Assembly (NCBI GenBank): GCA_965203805.1
Contig: OZ241917.1
Coordinates: forward strand, 352,001 to 416,000
DNA length: 64,000 bases
Reading direction: 5' to 3'
Source: Candidatus Latescibacterota bacterium
Lineage (GTDB): Bacteria > Latescibacterota > UBA2968 > GCA-2709665
Part shown: one piece after another, positions 47,811-57,870 of the stretch
Layout of the letters: the number at the start of each line of letters is the position of its first letter
Numbering within the stretch: the stretch's first letter is position 1
Program-made: the position numbers and the translations under genes
Notes under the pieces: generated by a model
What the model was told of the DNA's origin: nothing
Databases searched by the model: none
The model's input: the letters and a program-made list of their open reading frames with translations, nothing else

Positions 47811-48680
47811 CTACCCGATGGACGGCACGTCGATTTTCTTTTTCCGGTCGATGGATTTCTCAAGCGCTTCCAGGACGGCAACCGGCATGAGCATCGACTC
47901 GCGCGTTTCGTCGGTAACCCCGGTCTTGAACATGTCGCAGAAGGCCTCTGCGCCGCCCAGGTATGGGTTTTCGTCGTACCCGATCGCGCGGTCGACCCGC
48001 CCCTTTTCGCAGATGACCGACACGTGAAAGGCGCTGTGCCCTTCGGTGAAGAGATTGAGCGTGGAGACGGCGCCGCTGGACGAATACAGAGTGCCGGTAT
48101 GGTTCTTCTCACCCAGGTTGACCTGCGCGTGGGTGACGTCGTTGTCGAGCAGGCGCACGGCCATATCCACCTGGTGGATGCCGTAGAAGAAAACACCGCC
48201 CCACTCGGATTCGATGTCGCACGGTCCGGTCGTGATGACGGAAACAACCCTACCCAGCCCGGCGATGTCCTGCTTGAGCTGGCTGAAGGACGCTTGTCTG
48301 GGCAGCACCGAAAAGGAGCAGACGGGGACATCCAGCTCCGCCGCGCGGTCGAGGAATCGTCTGCCCTCCGAGACGCGGTAGCAGAACGGTTTGTCGACGA
48401 AGACGGGAATACCGGCCTCGATGAGCGGCCAGACCGCGGGCAGATGGTATTTCGCGTCGCGATGATCCACGCACGCGGCGTCCACGTGACCGATCATATC
48501 TTCGGGGTTTTCGACGATATTCGGAATCTGTCCCCGATCCTGGGCGTCTTTGGCGTACCGGGCGGCTTCACCCCAGACGTGGGTGACGCGGCAGCCCGGT
48601 ACTTTTTTGTCGATGTTCAACGTTTTCGAGATGGCGACGGTGTGGCTGTTTTCCGCGCCGACGATTCCTATATTGAGCAT
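47811..48680 (-). CDS. Gfo/Idh/MocA oxidoreductase
   Basis: IGIVG...SH, VDKP, YGIH..D. Confidence 0.82.
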   Translation of the reverse strand: MLNIGIVGAENSHTVAISKTLNIDKKVPGCRVTHVWGEAARYAKDAQDRGQIPNIVENPEDMIGHVDAACVDHRDAKYHLPAVWPLIEAGIPVFVDKPFCYRVSEGRRFLDRAAELDVPVCSFSVLPRQASFSQLKQDIAGLGRVVSVITTGPCDIESEWGGVFFYGIHQVDMAVRLLDNDVTHAQVNLGEKNHTGTLYSSSGAVSTLNLFTEGHSAFHVSVICEKGRVDRAIGYDENPYLGGAEAFCDMFKTGVTDETRESMLMPVAVLEALEKSIDRKKKIDVPSIG

Positions 48681-48759
48681 TCGGGTCCTCCTGATTTGGG
48701 ACTGCGTTCGGGGCGTTCGTTCGTCGACTGACGAAACATCTGTGCTGACGGTCCGGACG

Positions 48760-49959
48760 TCAGGGCCTGGCGGGCGTGCCGTCGGGCAGGCGGGCCTGCG
48801 TCCAGCCGATGATCTCGTCCTGGCAGGGATATCTGGCGGCGAGTTCCTCGTCGACGTCGATTCCGAGGCCGGGTCCGTCGCCGGGAACCATGTAACCGTT
48901 CCTGACTTCCGGGGTTCCGGGGAAGATTTCGTACACGTGTTCGTCAAATCGGCACCACTCCTGGATGCCGAAGTTGGGCGCCCATAGATCCAGGTGCAGA
49001 TTCGCGGCGTGGCCGACGGGCGAAACGTCGCCCGGACCGTGCCACGCGGTGCGGATGCCGTACATGTCCGCAAGAATCGCGACGTTTCGGGCGGGCGTCA
49101 GGCCGCCCATCTGGCTGATGTGCATTCGGACGAAGTCGATCAGCCGGTCCTGCACGAGCGGGGTCCACTCCCGCGGGTGGTTGAAAAGCTCCCCCATGGC
49201 GATGGGCGTGGCGCATTGCCGGCGGATGTTGCGGAACCACTCGAGGTCTTCCGGCGCCAGCGGGTCCTCCAGGAAGAAAAGCTTGAAGGGTTCCGCGTCT
49301 TTCGCGAATTGAACCGCGTCGATCGGCACGAGGCGCTCGTGAACGTCGTGGAGGAGTTCGAGGTGCGCGGCGGTGTTCGCACGGACGTGTCCGATCATGT
49401 CGAGGACCCCGCGAGCGTATTCCCGAGGGTCATAATACGCGCCGTCCTGCGCGCCTTCCGGACCGCGGAGGCGGGACGTCCTGCCGCCGTAACCCCCCAT
49501 CTGAACGCGGATGTGCTGGTAGCCCTGTTCCTGGAATTTCAGGACGTTGGTCAGGACTTCCTCCTTGTCGAGGCCGTCGGCGTGCGCGTAACAGGCCGCG
49601 GCTTCGCGGCATTTGCCGCCCAGGAGCTGGTACACGGGCATGCCGGCGCGTTTGCCCTTGATGTCCCACAGGGCGATGTCGACGCCCGATATCGCGTTGT
49701 TGAGTACCGGTCCGTTGCGCCAGTAACCGTTGACCATATTCATCTGCCAGATGTCTTCGATACGGTCCACGTCCCGGCCGATGAGGAAGGGTTTCAGGTG
49801 TTTCTCGAGGGCGGTGTGGACGGCGCGGAAACGCTGGGTGAACGTGGCGCATCCGAGGCCGTACAGGCCCGGCTCGGACGTCAGGACTTTGACCACGATC
49901 AGGCGCGATCCCGCCGGCTGGGTGAGGACGGTCCTGACGTCGCGGATGGTTACGGGCAC
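48760..49959 (-). CDS. rspA: Enolase-superfamily sugar-acid dehydratase (RspA/mannonate dehydratase group)
   Basis: YWRNGPV, WDIKGK, LHDVHERL, FLED, GELF, HGPGD.SPVG, IQE. Confidence 0.88.
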   Translation of the reverse strand: MPVTIRDVRTVLTQPAGSRLIVVKVLTSEPGLYGLGCATFTQRFRAVHTALEKHLKPFLIGRDVDRIEDIWQMNMVNGYWRNGPVLNNAISGVDIALWDIKGKRAGMPVYQLLGGKCREAAACYAHADGLDKEEVLTNVLKFQEQGYQHIRVQMGGYGGRTSRLRGPEGAQDGAYYDPREYARGVLDMIGHVRANTAAHLELLHDVHERLVPIDAVQFAKDAEPFKLFFLEDPLAPEDLEWFRNIRRQCATPIAMGELFNHPREWTPLVQDRLIDFVRMHISQMGGLTPARNVAILADMYGIRTAWHGPGDVSPVGHAANLHLDLWAPNFGIQEWCRFDEHVYEIFPGTPEVRNGYMVPGDGPGLGIDVDEELAARYPCQDEIIGWTQARLPDGTPARP

Positions 49960-50119
49960 GAATGACTCCGGGGCAATGAAGATGGACAGGACGTCTAATC
50001 CGCTGTCCGGCCCTCTTTAATAAGGTTTGTACGGTGGAATGTCCACGGATATTTTCAGGCGTGGCCGGGGATCGGCGCCGGGCCGGTCCCGCCTTCGATC
50101 GGTCCGGTCCTGAAGCGGA

Positions 50120-51424
50120 CTACAGCCGTCCTTCTTTCTGCAGGATGTCTCCGGCGATCGCGTAGGTCGTGCCGTGCATACCGATCACCACGAGGCCCAG
50201 GCCCTCGGCCAGGTAACCGCCGGGGTATAAATCGGGTATCGTCGTGGACTCGTAGTTGTGGGGATGCGTGGGCAGTTGGTGCACCTGGAAGCGGTAATTG
50301 TCGTATTTGTCCACCGGACGAAGCGGTGGAAATCCTTCGAAAAGCGAGTAATCCGCGATGCCGCCGATTTCCAGGATGGCGTGGTCGATCTCCAGTGTTT
50401 CTCGGGAGCCATTGCGGCCAAGTGTGGCAATGCCGCTGGAATCCGCCTGCTCGAAACCGAGAACCCGGGTCTCGTAATGAGTATTCAGCCGGGGAGACCG
50501 GCTTTCCATGATATCGGCGATGCGCGCGTAGTAGGGCAGGCCGTCGCGGCTGTCCGATATGAGGCGCCAGTGTCGTTCGAAGGGCTGGCGCATCACGTAG
50601 TGGACCTGTTTGCCGGCGTCGTGCAGTTCGGTCGCGGCCCAATCCGCGGATCGGCCGCCTCCCACGACAAGAATGCGCTCTCCCGGATAGCGTTCGGGTT
50701 GATCGTAGCCCGAGGATACGAACGGGAGGTGTTCGCCCGGCGCTCCGAGTTCGCGCAGAATGCAGCGCTGTCCCGCCGCGTAGACCAGGTACTTGCAGGT
50801 GTAACGACGGGTGACATCCGTACCCGCGGCGCTGGATGTAAGCAGAAAACCGGCGTCGTGGGGCTCGATGCGGGTCACGCATTCGTTTGTGCGAATGCGG
50901 TCGGCGACTTCGAAACGGCCCGGCACGGCGTGGTAGTAGTCGAGGAGGTGACGTTTGGCGATCAGAGCGTTGACGTCGAGATCGACCCCTCGTTCGCGGC
51001 AGTGCCGGTCGAGAGGATGGAAGGCGAATTCCATCCATTGCCCGGGCGACAGCGTGAGCATGTTCTTTGGCACATTGTTCCACACGCCGCCGACCTCTTC
51101 CCGGGTGATGAGCAGGACGTCGACGGGTTCGCGGCGGCGGAACTGCAGGGCGATCTCCCGTTCGCCGCGAAACTTCAATCCGGGATGGTGCAGCAGGCGG
51201 AACAGGTCCACGGGCCGGATGCCTGCGTTCACCACAGCTCTGAAATCGAGGCCGAGCAGCGTGCCGCTTTCGCCGCGAAGGGCGCGGTCGACCTGCTCGT
51301 ACCGATTGCGGAAGAGGTCTCCGCCGCGATAATAAGGATGCCATCCGCCCAGTACAACGGCCAACGGCAGCCCGGCAGGGCCGCCGCCCACGATGATAAC
51401 GGTATGGTGTTCGGGTATGGCCAT
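50120..51424 (-). CDS. FAD/NAD(P)-dependent oxidoreductase, OSGIN-like flavin monooxygenase
   Basis: GGGPAG and GGGRSA Rossmann motifs, GG.W, LG.PGE.LP; pattern matches animal OSGIN1/2 as recalled. Confidence 0.8.
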   Translation of the reverse strand: MAIPEHHTVIIVGGGPAGLPLAVVLGGWHPYYRGGDLFRNRYEQVDRALRGESGTLLGLDFRAVVNAGIRPVDLFRLLHHPGLKFRGEREIALQFRRREPVDVLLITREEVGGVWNNVPKNMLTLSPGQWMEFAFHPLDRHCRERGVDLDVNALIAKRHLLDYYHAVPGRFEVADRIRTNECVTRIEPHDAGFLLTSSAAGTDVTRRYTCKYLVYAAGQRCILRELGAPGEHLPFVSSGYDQPERYPGERILVVGGGRSADWAATELHDAGKQVHYVMRQPFERHWRLISDSRDGLPYYARIADIMESRSPRLNTHYETRVLGFEQADSSGIATLGRNGSRETLEIDHAILEIGGIADYSLFEGFPPLRPVDKYDNYRFQVHQLPTHPHNYESTTIPDLYPGGYLAEGLGLVVIGMHGTTYAIAGDILQKEGRL

Positions 51425-51587
51425 GGGTTCTCCGGGACTGCGGTCGGTCGGCAGGCCGGTCGCCGCCGGACGTCGTCCGTGGGACGCACACGAAGGTCCG
51501 GACGCCTGTCTGCCGGCCAGGCAGGCAGCCCGGATGGACTTTATCAGCAGGCTGTTAAGGTACGGCCCTTTACGAGCGGTGTTGACC

Positions 51588-51616
51588 TTGACTTCAGCCG
51601 TTGAATACCGTATGAT
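51588..51616 (+). promoter_or_regulatory. Sigma70-type promoter
   Basis: TTGACT-17-TATGAT. Confidence 0.7.
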
Positions 51617-51701
51617 GGGTCACCTGAAAGCGCGGCTGAAAAGTAGATCTGATGCCGTGTGGAGTCAAGCCGAATATCGTCAATGAGACCGGGAGAAGCC
51701 G

Positions 51702-53069
51702 ATGCCGGACGAACGTCAACTGGATGTAGGAGAGATTCGGGCGCAGGACCGCGCGCACGTGTGGCATCCGATGGTACAGCACCGGACTCTGGAACACCGG
51801 GACCTGATGGTGGTCCACAAGGGTAAGGGAACCACGGTCGTGGACGCGGAGGGCCGGGAGTTCCTGGATGCTTACTCGGGCCTCTGGAACGTCAACGTCG
51901 GATACGGCCGCCGGGAGATTGCGGAAGCCGTATATGAACAGATGCTGCAGCTTTCGTATTATCCGCATCTGCACGTCAATCTGCCCGCCGCGAAGCTGGC
52001 ATCCAGGCTGGCTGATCTGCTGCCCGGTGATCTGAACCATCTCTTCTTTTCCAACAGCGGCTCCGAAGCGAACGAGACCGCGCTGAAGATCGCCAGGCAG
52101 TACGGCCGGCAGAAATTTCCGGGCGAGAACCGCTTCAAGGTGATTGCGAGATACCAGGGTTACCACGGTTTCACTTTTGGCGCGATGTCTGCGACGGGAC
52201 AGGTTGCCAGGCGGGCCAGTTTCGAGCCGCTGATGCCTGGCTTTTTGCACGTGAATCCGCCCTGGTCTTTTCGCTTCGGGAATAAACTGACCTATCCCGA
52301 CGGCGGTGTGGCCTGTGCGAACGAGGTCGAAGAGGTCATTGTCCGTGAGGACCCCACAACGGTTGCGGCGGTCATTGCCGAGCCGATCATCGGCGGCGGC
52401 GGTGTGATCGTCCCGCCGGACCGGTACCTGCCGCGCCTTCGTGAAATCTGTGACCGATACGGCGTGCTGCTGATCCTCGACGAAGTGATTACGGGATTCG
52501 GCCGTACCGGCAGACTGTTCGCATCGGAGCACTGGGGTGTGGTCCCGGACATGATGACCATGGCGAAAGGCGTGTCCAGCGGATACCTGCCCCTCGGTGC
52601 ATGCGCGGTGACGCCGGAGGTGTTTGAAACCTTCATGGGCGAACCCGGTGAGCATCGGGAATTCTCCTCGGTATCCACCTACGGCGGTCATCCGGTCTGC
52701 TGTACGGCGGCCCTGGCGAATCTGGACATTCTGACGGCCGAACGACTCTGGGAGAATTCGGCGGAAGTTGGCGCTTACCTTCTGGATGCGCTGGAACGAC
52801 TGGATTCTCCGTTCATCGGCGAAGTGCGGGGCAAGGGACTGATGATCGCCGTCGAACTGGCGGCGGAAAATGGAGACATGCTGGACTCGGACCGTGTCGC
52901 GGCGGTCCAGGCCGGCATCCTTGAACAGGGCGTGATCGTGGGACGCATGAGCCACGTGATGCAAGGCCCGGAGAGTATTTTCTTCCTGGCGCCGCCCCTG
53001 ATCCTGACCCGGCGTGAAGCGGACCGGATTGTGTCGGCGTTCGATACAGGTCTCAAACGCATCTCCTGA
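51702..53069 (+). CDS. Class III (omega-amine) PLP aminotransferase
   Basis: SGSEANE, YHG, EP..G, DEVITGFGRTG, AKG, TYGGHP. Confidence 0.93.
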   Translation: MPDERQLDVGEIRAQDRAHVWHPMVQHRTLEHRDLMVVHKGKGTTVVDAEGREFLDAYSGLWNVNVGYGRREIAEAVYEQMLQLSYYPHLHVNLPAAKLASRLADLLPGDLNHLFFSNSGSEANETALKIARQYGRQKFPGENRFKVIARYQGYHGFTFGAMSATGQVARRASFEPLMPGFLHVNPPWSFRFGNKLTYPDGGVACANEVEEVIVREDPTTVAAVIAEPIIGGGGVIVPPDRYLPRLREICDRYGVLLILDEVITGFGRTGRLFASEHWGVVPDMMTMAKGVSSGYLPLGACAVTPEVFETFMGEPGEHREFSSVSTYGGHPVCCTAALANLDILTAERLWENSAEVGAYLLDALERLDSPFIGEVRGKGLMIAVELAAENGDMLDSDRVAAVQAGILEQGVIVGRMSHVMQGPESIFFLAPPLILTRREADRIVSAFDTGLKRIS

Positions 53070-53125
53070 CCGAGGACGTTTCGACGAACCACCGCGGACC
53101 ATCCGATACGTCTAGCGGGAGGGCA

Positions 53126-54697
53126 GTGCTTCCTGTGAAGGCCTGTTTTCGACACTATGCCGCCCTTCGGAAGGAGATGGACGCCTGGCTGGCGCAGAGC
53201 CGGCGCATGGATCCGCCCGGGCGGAATCGCGGCGGCGAGGACGAAGCCAATTATGCGCTCGCCTGGTTTCCGCACTATCTGGCGACGGGCAGCCGGGCCT
53301 TGGCGGAACATTTCCAAACGCTCCTGGAACAGCTTGCGGGCTGGGTCCGGCGGGAATGCCTGCACGGATACGAGCCGGTGGCCGAGGCGCACCACGGCAC
53401 CGAACCGTTTCTGCTTTTTCTCCCGCGCTATCTGGGTCTGTTTCCCGGGGACCCGGTGGCGGCGGGACTGCTTTCCGACGCGGCTGAACACATCGGGAAC
53501 TGGGTGGAGGGGGTTCCGGCCTGGTTCGACTGGGACGGAAACCGGTTCTACGGGTACCACATCGGAACACGGACCGTGGGGCGGGACCCGGAGCATGCGG
53601 TGGAACTGGCGGAGCACTTCCGGTTCATTCACATCGCCCTGGCCGCGTATCGCGTATCGAATCAGGAGCGTTATCTGGATTGGGCGTTGCGGTACGGCCG
53701 GCGCCGGGCGGCGATGATCGTGGCCGCGCCCGAAGGCCCGCTGCCATTGATGTGGGGTCCGGACGGCAAACCGCTTGGCGTCGACGGGCACACCGGATCC
53801 CGGCGTCGGATGAGCGGCGCGAGCCACCATATGCCGGGCGATCCGGCCAGGGGCGTGGAGGTGCTGCTGGCTTCCGGCGCGGTAAACGCGCTGGGCGATC
53901 TGTTTCGACAATCCGGCGAGCAGGTCTTTCGCGAAGCGGCGTTTCGGGTCGTCGAGCCGCTCGTCGACATGCTTCACGACCCCTATTGCGATCCCGGCGC
54001 CGCCGCGATTTCCTTCTTCCGCGGCGCATTTGGCGACGACACCCTGGATGGCCGGATCCGGGAAATGGTCGAGCGGTTTCCGGACGTGGAACGCGGCGAA
54101 CTCGTGCTGATGGTGCCGGAGATTTCGAGGATGGTCCAGCCCGGCGTCGGCAAGCGGGCGGATATGCTGCACTGGGGCGTGCAGGCAGGGGGCATGGAGC
54201 GGATTGTTCCAACGCGCGAGCCCTGCACGGCCGCGTTGACGCTTGCCTACCAGATAACCGGCGACGTGTCATTTGCATCGCGGGCATTGAAGCAGGCGAC
54301 GCGGAAGTTGACGGTGGCGCGGCGGGTGTTGCGGGGCGGACGGGAGCACGCGGACATGGGCGGAGCGGTGTGCTCCGTGGCCGCCGGACATGGGCGGAAT
54401 TGGGGTACCGGAGCGGTTACCGGATGCTACGGTCCCCTCTTGCTGGGAGCCGCGGAACGCCTGGGCGCGTTGATGCCCGCGGTGGAGTTCCGCCGGTCTG
54501 ACGGGAAACCCGGATTGCCGGTGCAGGTGGTTTCCCTTGTCGTTCCAGCAGGCCCGTCGACGGGAAACGTCCGGATCTACAACGGCGGTGACGAGGATAT
54601 GGCAATGTCGTGGAGGCGGCCTGGAACGGCGTGGCAGGACGTCTCGATCCCGCCCGGCGGCGAAACAAAGGCGGCACTGGAGGTGTTTACCCGATGA
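53126..54697 (+). CDS. Hypothetical protein, probable (alpha/alpha) barrel
   Basis: 523-aa ORF with host codon usage, ATGA overlap with the next gene; repeated AY..TG...Y/F helical-hairpin patterns. Confidence 0.65.
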   Translation: MLPVKACFRHYAALRKEMDAWLAQSRRMDPPGRNRGGEDEANYALAWFPHYLATGSRALAEHFQTLLEQLAGWVRRECLHGYEPVAEAHHGTEPFLLFLPRYLGLFPGDPVAAGLLSDAAEHIGNWVEGVPAWFDWDGNRFYGYHIGTRTVGRDPEHAVELAEHFRFIHIALAAYRVSNQERYLDWALRYGRRRAAMIVAAPEGPLPLMWGPDGKPLGVDGHTGSRRRMSGASHHMPGDPARGVEVLLASGAVNALGDLFRQSGEQVFREAAFRVVEPLVDMLHDPYCDPGAAAISFFRGAFGDDTLDGRIREMVERFPDVERGELVLMVPEISRMVQPGVGKRADMLHWGVQAGGMERIVPTREPCTAALTLAYQITGDVSFASRALKQATRKLTVARRVLRGGREHADMGGAVCSVAAGHGRNWGTGAVTGCYGPLLLGAAERLGALMPAVEFRRSDGKPGLPVQVVSLVVPAGPSTGNVRIYNGGDEDMAMSWRRPGTAWQDVSIPPGGETKAALEVFTR

Positions 54698-55674
54698 GAT
54701 ACCGCATGTTGGGACAGACCGGACTGATGGTTTCGGAAATCGGACTCGGCGCCTTTCCGATTTCGGGCATGCAGGCCCGGGCCGATGGCACGACGTTCGG
54801 ATGGACGGGCACGAACGATAACGAATCCATGGCGCTGATCCATCGCTGCGAGGAACTCGGAATCAACCTGATCGATTCCGCGGAGAGCTATGGCGATGGT
54901 CACAGCGAGGTCATTACGGGCAAAGCGCTGCGTGGACGCAGAGACAAATGGATCGTGGCCACCAAAGTCGGGCCGAACGCGGGTATCGATCCAGAAGCGC
55001 GGGATGTGTCGGCGGTCCGGCGTCGGATTACCGAGGCATGCGAGCTCAGCCTCAAGAGGTTGGGGATGGACCACATCGACGTCTACCAGCTGCATGCCGT
55101 ACCGTACGAGTGGGCGATGCCGGCGGTCATGGACGCGCTGGCGAAGCTCCGTCAGGCCGGCAAGGTGCGGTGGTACGGTATTTCGACCAACGATCGGCAG
55201 GCGGTCGAAAGGCTAAGGACGCTGGGGCCCGTACACATGTTGCAGGTGGGCTATAATCTGCTCGAACGAACGGCCGACGGTCTATTGCACTGGGCGAAGG
55301 ACGAGAACATCGGCACGTTGATTCGCGTGCCGCTGGCAAAGGGGCAACTGACAGGCAAGTATTTCGGCCCGGAAGCGCGATCGATTCCGGAAAACGACGT
55401 ACGATACGAACGATTCAACAAACCCGAAACGGTCGACGGGCTGAAACGGTTGCCGCAGTTGCTGTTCCTGCAAAACCGGGCGCGATCCATGGCCCAGGCG
55501 GCACTGCGTTTCGTACTGGACCACCCGGGCGTGTCGTGCGTGATCGCCGGGGCCAGGAACCGCCGGCAGGTGGAGGAGAACGCCGGGACCGTGGAAATGC
55601 CGCCCTTGACCGATGCGGAGCTCGAACGGGCGATCCCGGTCGCGGATACCATCGGTACGCCGGGATGGATTTAG
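54694..55674 (+). CDS. Aldo/keto reductase
   Basis: R.LG.TGL.VS.IGLG, DSA..YG.G.SE, TK, SLKRL..D.ID.YQLH. Confidence 0.93.
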   Translation: MRYRMLGQTGLMVSEIGLGAFPISGMQARADGTTFGWTGTNDNESMALIHRCEELGINLIDSAESYGDGHSEVITGKALRGRRDKWIVATKVGPNAGIDPEARDVSAVRRRITEACELSLKRLGMDHIDVYQLHAVPYEWAMPAVMDALAKLRQAGKVRWYGISTNDRQAVERLRTLGPVHMLQVGYNLLERTADGLLHWAKDENIGTLIRVPLAKGQLTGKYFGPEARSIPENDVRYERFNKPETVDGLKRLPQLLFLQNRARSMAQAALRFVLDHPGVSCVIAGARNRRQVEENAGTVEMPPLTDAELERAIPVADTIGTPGWI

Positions 55675-55687
55675 CTGGAGATCGTAT

Positions 55688-56950
55688 ATGTCGTCTGCGG
55701 TTCGAATTGGCGTTGTGGGTTGCGGGCGGATTCTGAACGCGCATCTGCGCGGGTTCCGAATCCTGCAGGAAAAGGGATTCGGGGATCTCTTCAGGGTAAC
55801 GGCGCTTTGCGCGAGACGAACCGAAGATGCCCTCCGATTTCGAACGCGGGGCGAAGGACCGGGACCCAGGCCGGCGCCGGTGGAGGCCCCGGGCGATCCC
55901 TTGAACGCGCCCCACGCCTATATAAGCGATCTGCATCCCGGGGAGGAAGCGGCGATTTTCACGGATTATCGTGTAATGCTTGAACGCGGGGCGGTCGATG
56001 CGGTGTGCGTCCTGACGGGGCACGACAACCATCACACGATTGCCATCGATGCCATGCGCGCCGGAAAGCATGTCATTGTGGAAAAGCCGATGGCGATTTC
56101 GGTAAGGGCCGCGCAGCGCATGTGTGATGTGGCGTCCGAAACGGACAGGATATTGAGTGTTGCGGAGAACGTGAACTTCAATCCTGCGGTCCGGGCAAGC
56201 GCATGGGCGGTGAGGCATGGATTGATCGGCGAGGTGCAGATGGTCTACCGCGGAGCGATCGGGTTCCGGTCGCACCGGCCGGACCTCGTGGCCGCGCGAA
56301 CCCCCTGGAGGCAATCGAAACTGGGCGCGGGCGGCGGCGTGTCCATCGATCTGGGCGTGCATCTCTTCAACGGCGTTCGGACGACTTGCGGACCGGTGCA
56401 GTCGGTGCAGGCCGTGTGGCGGATTCTGGAGCCCGTAAGGGTGCTGATGTCGGACGACGACCGCAGGGTCTCTCACGAGGTGGAGAACCAGGTGGACGAC
56501 GTGTTCTTCACGAATTTCAGGTTTGCGAACGGCGCCATCGGGCATATGGCGGTGGCCAGAAGCGCGAGGGGAACGCAGATCGGGGTGCCGGGAGGAACGA
56601 ACGTATTCGGGAGCGAGGGGGCATTGTCCGACGGAAAGGTCTTCAGCGGGGATGGGGAGGCAGAAGACGTTCTGGATCGATTCAGGCGGGAAGCCCCGGA
56701 GAGGGACCGGGAAGAAGCGATGCCCGCGGGGATCACGGACGCGTTTGCGCTGGAAAACCTGGACTGGCTTCGGGCGATACGCGACGGATCGCCGGTGCGG
56801 ATGTCCGGGGAGGAGGGGACGATCGATCTGGCGCTGAGCTACGCCATCCTGGAGTCGGGGCTGCTGGGCCGCGAAGTGACGCTGGACGAGATGTTGACCG
56901 GAAAGGTGGACGGCTACCAGAAGCCGATCAACGCGCACTACGGGTTGTAG
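55688..56950 (+). CDS. Gfo/Idh/MocA oxidoreductase
   Basis: VGCG.I, GKHV.VEKP, D.GVH. Confidence 0.9.
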   Translation: MSSAVRIGVVGCGRILNAHLRGFRILQEKGFGDLFRVTALCARRTEDALRFRTRGEGPGPRPAPVEAPGDPLNAPHAYISDLHPGEEAAIFTDYRVMLERGAVDAVCVLTGHDNHHTIAIDAMRAGKHVIVEKPMAISVRAAQRMCDVASETDRILSVAENVNFNPAVRASAWAVRHGLIGEVQMVYRGAIGFRSHRPDLVAARTPWRQSKLGAGGGVSIDLGVHLFNGVRTTCGPVQSVQAVWRILEPVRVLMSDDDRRVSHEVENQVDDVFFTNFRFANGAIGHMAVARSARGTQIGVPGGTNVFGSEGALSDGKVFSGDGEAEDVLDRFRREAPERDREEAMPAGITDAFALENLDWLRAIRDGSPVRMSGEEGTIDLALSYAILESGLLGREVTLDEMLTGKVDGYQKPINAHYGL

Positions 56951-56970
56951 TGTGAACGTCTCAAATGGCG

Positions 56971-56991
56971 AGGCCTTCGCGAGGCCTTTTT
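56971..56991 (+). terminator. Intrinsic terminator
   Basis: AGGCCT-tcgcg-AGGCCT followed by a T-run. Confidence 0.7.
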
Positions 56992-57020
56992 GTCTGCGTG
57001 TGCTGAAGGCAGAACGATGT

Positions 57021-57308
57021 TTATTGCCTCGACACGGCGATGACGACTGAAATTGCCGTGCCGACGTTGGCCAGTAGAACCGTAATCAGCAGACCGACAA
57101 TCCACCTGAAATTGCTGGCTTGTCGATTTTCCATACTGGTGAAGCGGTTGTCCATGTTGTTCAAGCGGCTGTCCACGTCGCTCAAGCGGCTGTCGAAGCG
57201 CGTCTCAAGGCTGGTCAAACGGCTTTCGATGCTGCCCAATCGCTCGTTGATTTGCGCCTGAACAGCCTCAAGAGAAGCAACGCGGGTTTCGAGGCTCGGA
57301 ATCTGCAT
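57021..57308 (-). CDS. Small coiled-coil protein with C-terminal TM helix (XhlA/DUF1640-like)
   Basis: Heptad repeats (SRL..L/V), FRWIVG then hydrophobic tail; AAGGAG RBS. Confidence 0.75.
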   Translation of the reverse strand: MQIPSLETRVASLEAVQAQINERLGSIESRLTSLETRFDSRLSDVDSRLNNMDNRFTSMENRQASNFRWIVGLLITVLLANVGTAISVVIAVSRQ

Positions 57309-57401
57309 GGTGTTTCTCCCTTCGCACGGTGGTAAGCGCGCCGCTTGCCATCCTTACTCCATACAGACGTAAATATACTGAATATCCGCTGATCTGCCAT
57401 A

Positions 57402-57488
57402 ATGAAAAATCAGACACCAGAGATTGCCACAATCCCTGTTATTGACCTATTTGCCGGGCCAGGTGTTCTTCCGATCCAACTTGCATAG
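57402..57488 (+). pseudogene. Stub of a C5 DNA cytosine methyltransferase
   Basis: MKNQTPEIATIPVIDLFAGPG carries motif I (DLFAG.G), then diverges and stops at codon 29. Confidence 0.65.
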
Positions 57489-57870
57489 AGAGTCGTGGTC
57501 AGGGTCCTGATTCGTGTAATTTGGGCGCCTGTCATGCGTGTGCTCTTCTGCCTGAAACTTCCTGTGAGGAGGGAAACCGTCTGCTGGACAGGGCGATGGT
57601 AGTTGGGTTACCGGAACAACCTGAGTTGGGGTTCTTCTCAGACTATCTGCGTAGCCTTTCGTGAACAGATGAGGTCGATTTCCCGAGAGAGAGTCTTACT
57701 CCATGTGGTCCCGCACGCCGCACGGGCTCTGATAGGTTGACTACCTTGCGCACGACACCCGAGACAGCAATAGCGGGATTCAGTCGGCTGTATGAGAATG
57801 TGATTATTGTATAGGGTAAGATGAAGTAAGACGCAAACAAGAGCGCAAAATGATACGCAATTACCGCGAC

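Noticed and set aside
57465-57870. HEARO/omega RNA, group II intron or retron ncRNA
   Set aside because: Only short motif echoes (GGTTGAC, GAGCCCGTGCG); no domain V, flanking inverted repeats, IscB, TnpB or RT gene.
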